From Psammoneis japonica (Eukaryota), in NCBI GenBank assembly GCA_008632985.1, contig QPGO01000282.1:1-36680 (forward strand): a stretch of DNA of 36,680 bases, read 5' to 3'. The position numbers and the translations under genes were made by a program. Below the pieces are notes generated by a model, which did not search any database, was not told the origin of the DNA, and worked only from the letters and a program-made list of their open reading frames with translations. Of the stretch, positions 35,531 through 36,680 are shown piece by piece. How positions within the stretch are numbered: position 1 is the stretch's first letter; every line of letters starts with the position of its first letter.

Positions 35531-36680
35531 CAAGAGCGCCCGACCGCACTGCGTCTCTCCTCCCAGAGTCGGTCTGACATCTTTCAGCTCTTGAATCTCC
35601 ACCACACTTTTGTGCATGCGAGGAAAGGCGCTTCTGGCAATGACAGCAGCACCGGAAGCACCAAAAAACCAAATGAAAAAGGACGTCCGGGAGGCTTCCA
35701 AAGCCTCGGAAATGATTAGGGCAGTGGTGGTTCCATCCGGAATTGCTTCAAGCCGCGACTTTGTGAAAGCAATTCGTGGGTCTCCATTGTCGCTCGGACA
35801 AAGGAGTGAACTGTGCAGGTCACGATCAGCACAACAAGAAATGTGAGAAGGCGCCTCATGGTGAACGGGACGGGACACGGGACCGCCGCAACATGCCGGG
35901 TCCAACCATCACATCAAAAAAAGTGAGCAAGAAAAATGAGGATGCGACGTCCGGAATCAGGAAAGCGTGCTGCGTGCAGACGGGTGGGTTTCGGACAAAG
36001 CACAAAGAATGGCGAACAACAAAGAAATGAGTGCTTGTGACTCACCGGTGTTTCAATTTTGTCACAATGTCTGCCAAGTTTGTTTCACCATCTTCCTGTC
36101 ATGACACCCGCTTAGACAGCTTCCCAAACCACACGACCGTTTGTCACACTCATGCCCTTTTGTTTCTTGTGTTGTGTGTGGCAGGGCAGAGGGACTCCAC
36201 AGAATGTGCCAGCATTTGTTGCAACTCCGCTGCCACAAAGTGCACTTGCAGGACCCTCAACAAGCATGCCAAACATCCACAATTTGTGCTCCAATCTTTT
36301 TTTGCCATGTGCAACACAACAACCAGTTTGCTCCCAGAAAAGCAACAGCCAAGACACTCTGTTCGCGGTGTTTTCTCTCTGCTTCTCTTGCTGGGCCAAT
36401 CCACAGAGGTGCGCTCTGGACATGAGTCAAAGCCCTGCTGTGTGACCTCCATGTGACCTCATTTTCAGCATGATTTTTTGTGTGGTTGACAACAGAGTGG
36501 GCAGATGATGCTGACCAGACTTTCTTTCAGCCAGCTTGGTTGGGGGCATCTTTGGCGGGATGCTTTCTTCTTTCTTCTTCCCCACGTCATTTTGCCGCAA
36601 AGCTCAGCCCAACTTGCGTGGTTGTTGTTGAAAGCTGACTCATCAAGTGCTGGTTGCTTGAGATCACACCCTTTTTTTGT

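Larger units (their letters stand above)
26576..36160 (+). repeat. Macro-repeat / segmental duplication copy B
   Basis: Colinear with copy A except for a replaced block (~28780-29565) and an internal triplication/deletion (~32555-33835). Confidence 0.92.

Noticed and set aside
35865..35910. GC-rich hairpin as a Helitron 3' end
   Set aside because: The stem is weak, there is no CTRR terminus, and it is not conserved in copy A.
1..36680. The hundreds of 60-250 aa ORFs in the track as real genes
   Set aside because: They overlap on all frames, are Tyr-poor and Cys/His/Gln-rich, and follow from TAA/TAG depletion. Only those with recognisable motifs were kept, as pseudogenes.

Overview
Repeat-rich eukaryotic nuclear DNA, most likely from a diatom. 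This is inferred from the CoDi-type Ty1/copia element, ~95-nt GT-AG introns, a GABA-B-like class C GPCR and a nuclear sigma-70 fragment. No intact host gene is evident. The window holds: (i) a full-length copia LTR retrotransposon (19494-26570; 276-bp LTRs, CCCCT TSD, apparent half-tRNA-Asn PBS); (ii) two direct copies (~8.2-17.2 kb and ~26.6-36.2 kb, plus a third partial copy at the window start) of a mosaic of unrelated, partly intron-containing gene fragments (sigma factor, class C GPCR, TM plus 3x Tudor/SH3-like protein, YAK1/DYRK kinase, ALDH3, others); (iii) two MITEs and degenerate tandem repeats. The main signal is pervasive, double-stranded TpA->TpG/CpA (A:T->G:C) hypermutation. Conserved Tyr codons have become Cys/His, the two LTRs differ mostly at ancestral TA sites, and GTA splice donors and a TAG stop were mutated reciprocally in duplicate copies. 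This looks like a mirror image of fungal RIP and may be a repeat-directed genome-defence mutator; I do not know of a description of it. Most ORFs in the supplied track are by-products of TAA/TAG loss. All counts and alignments were done by eye.
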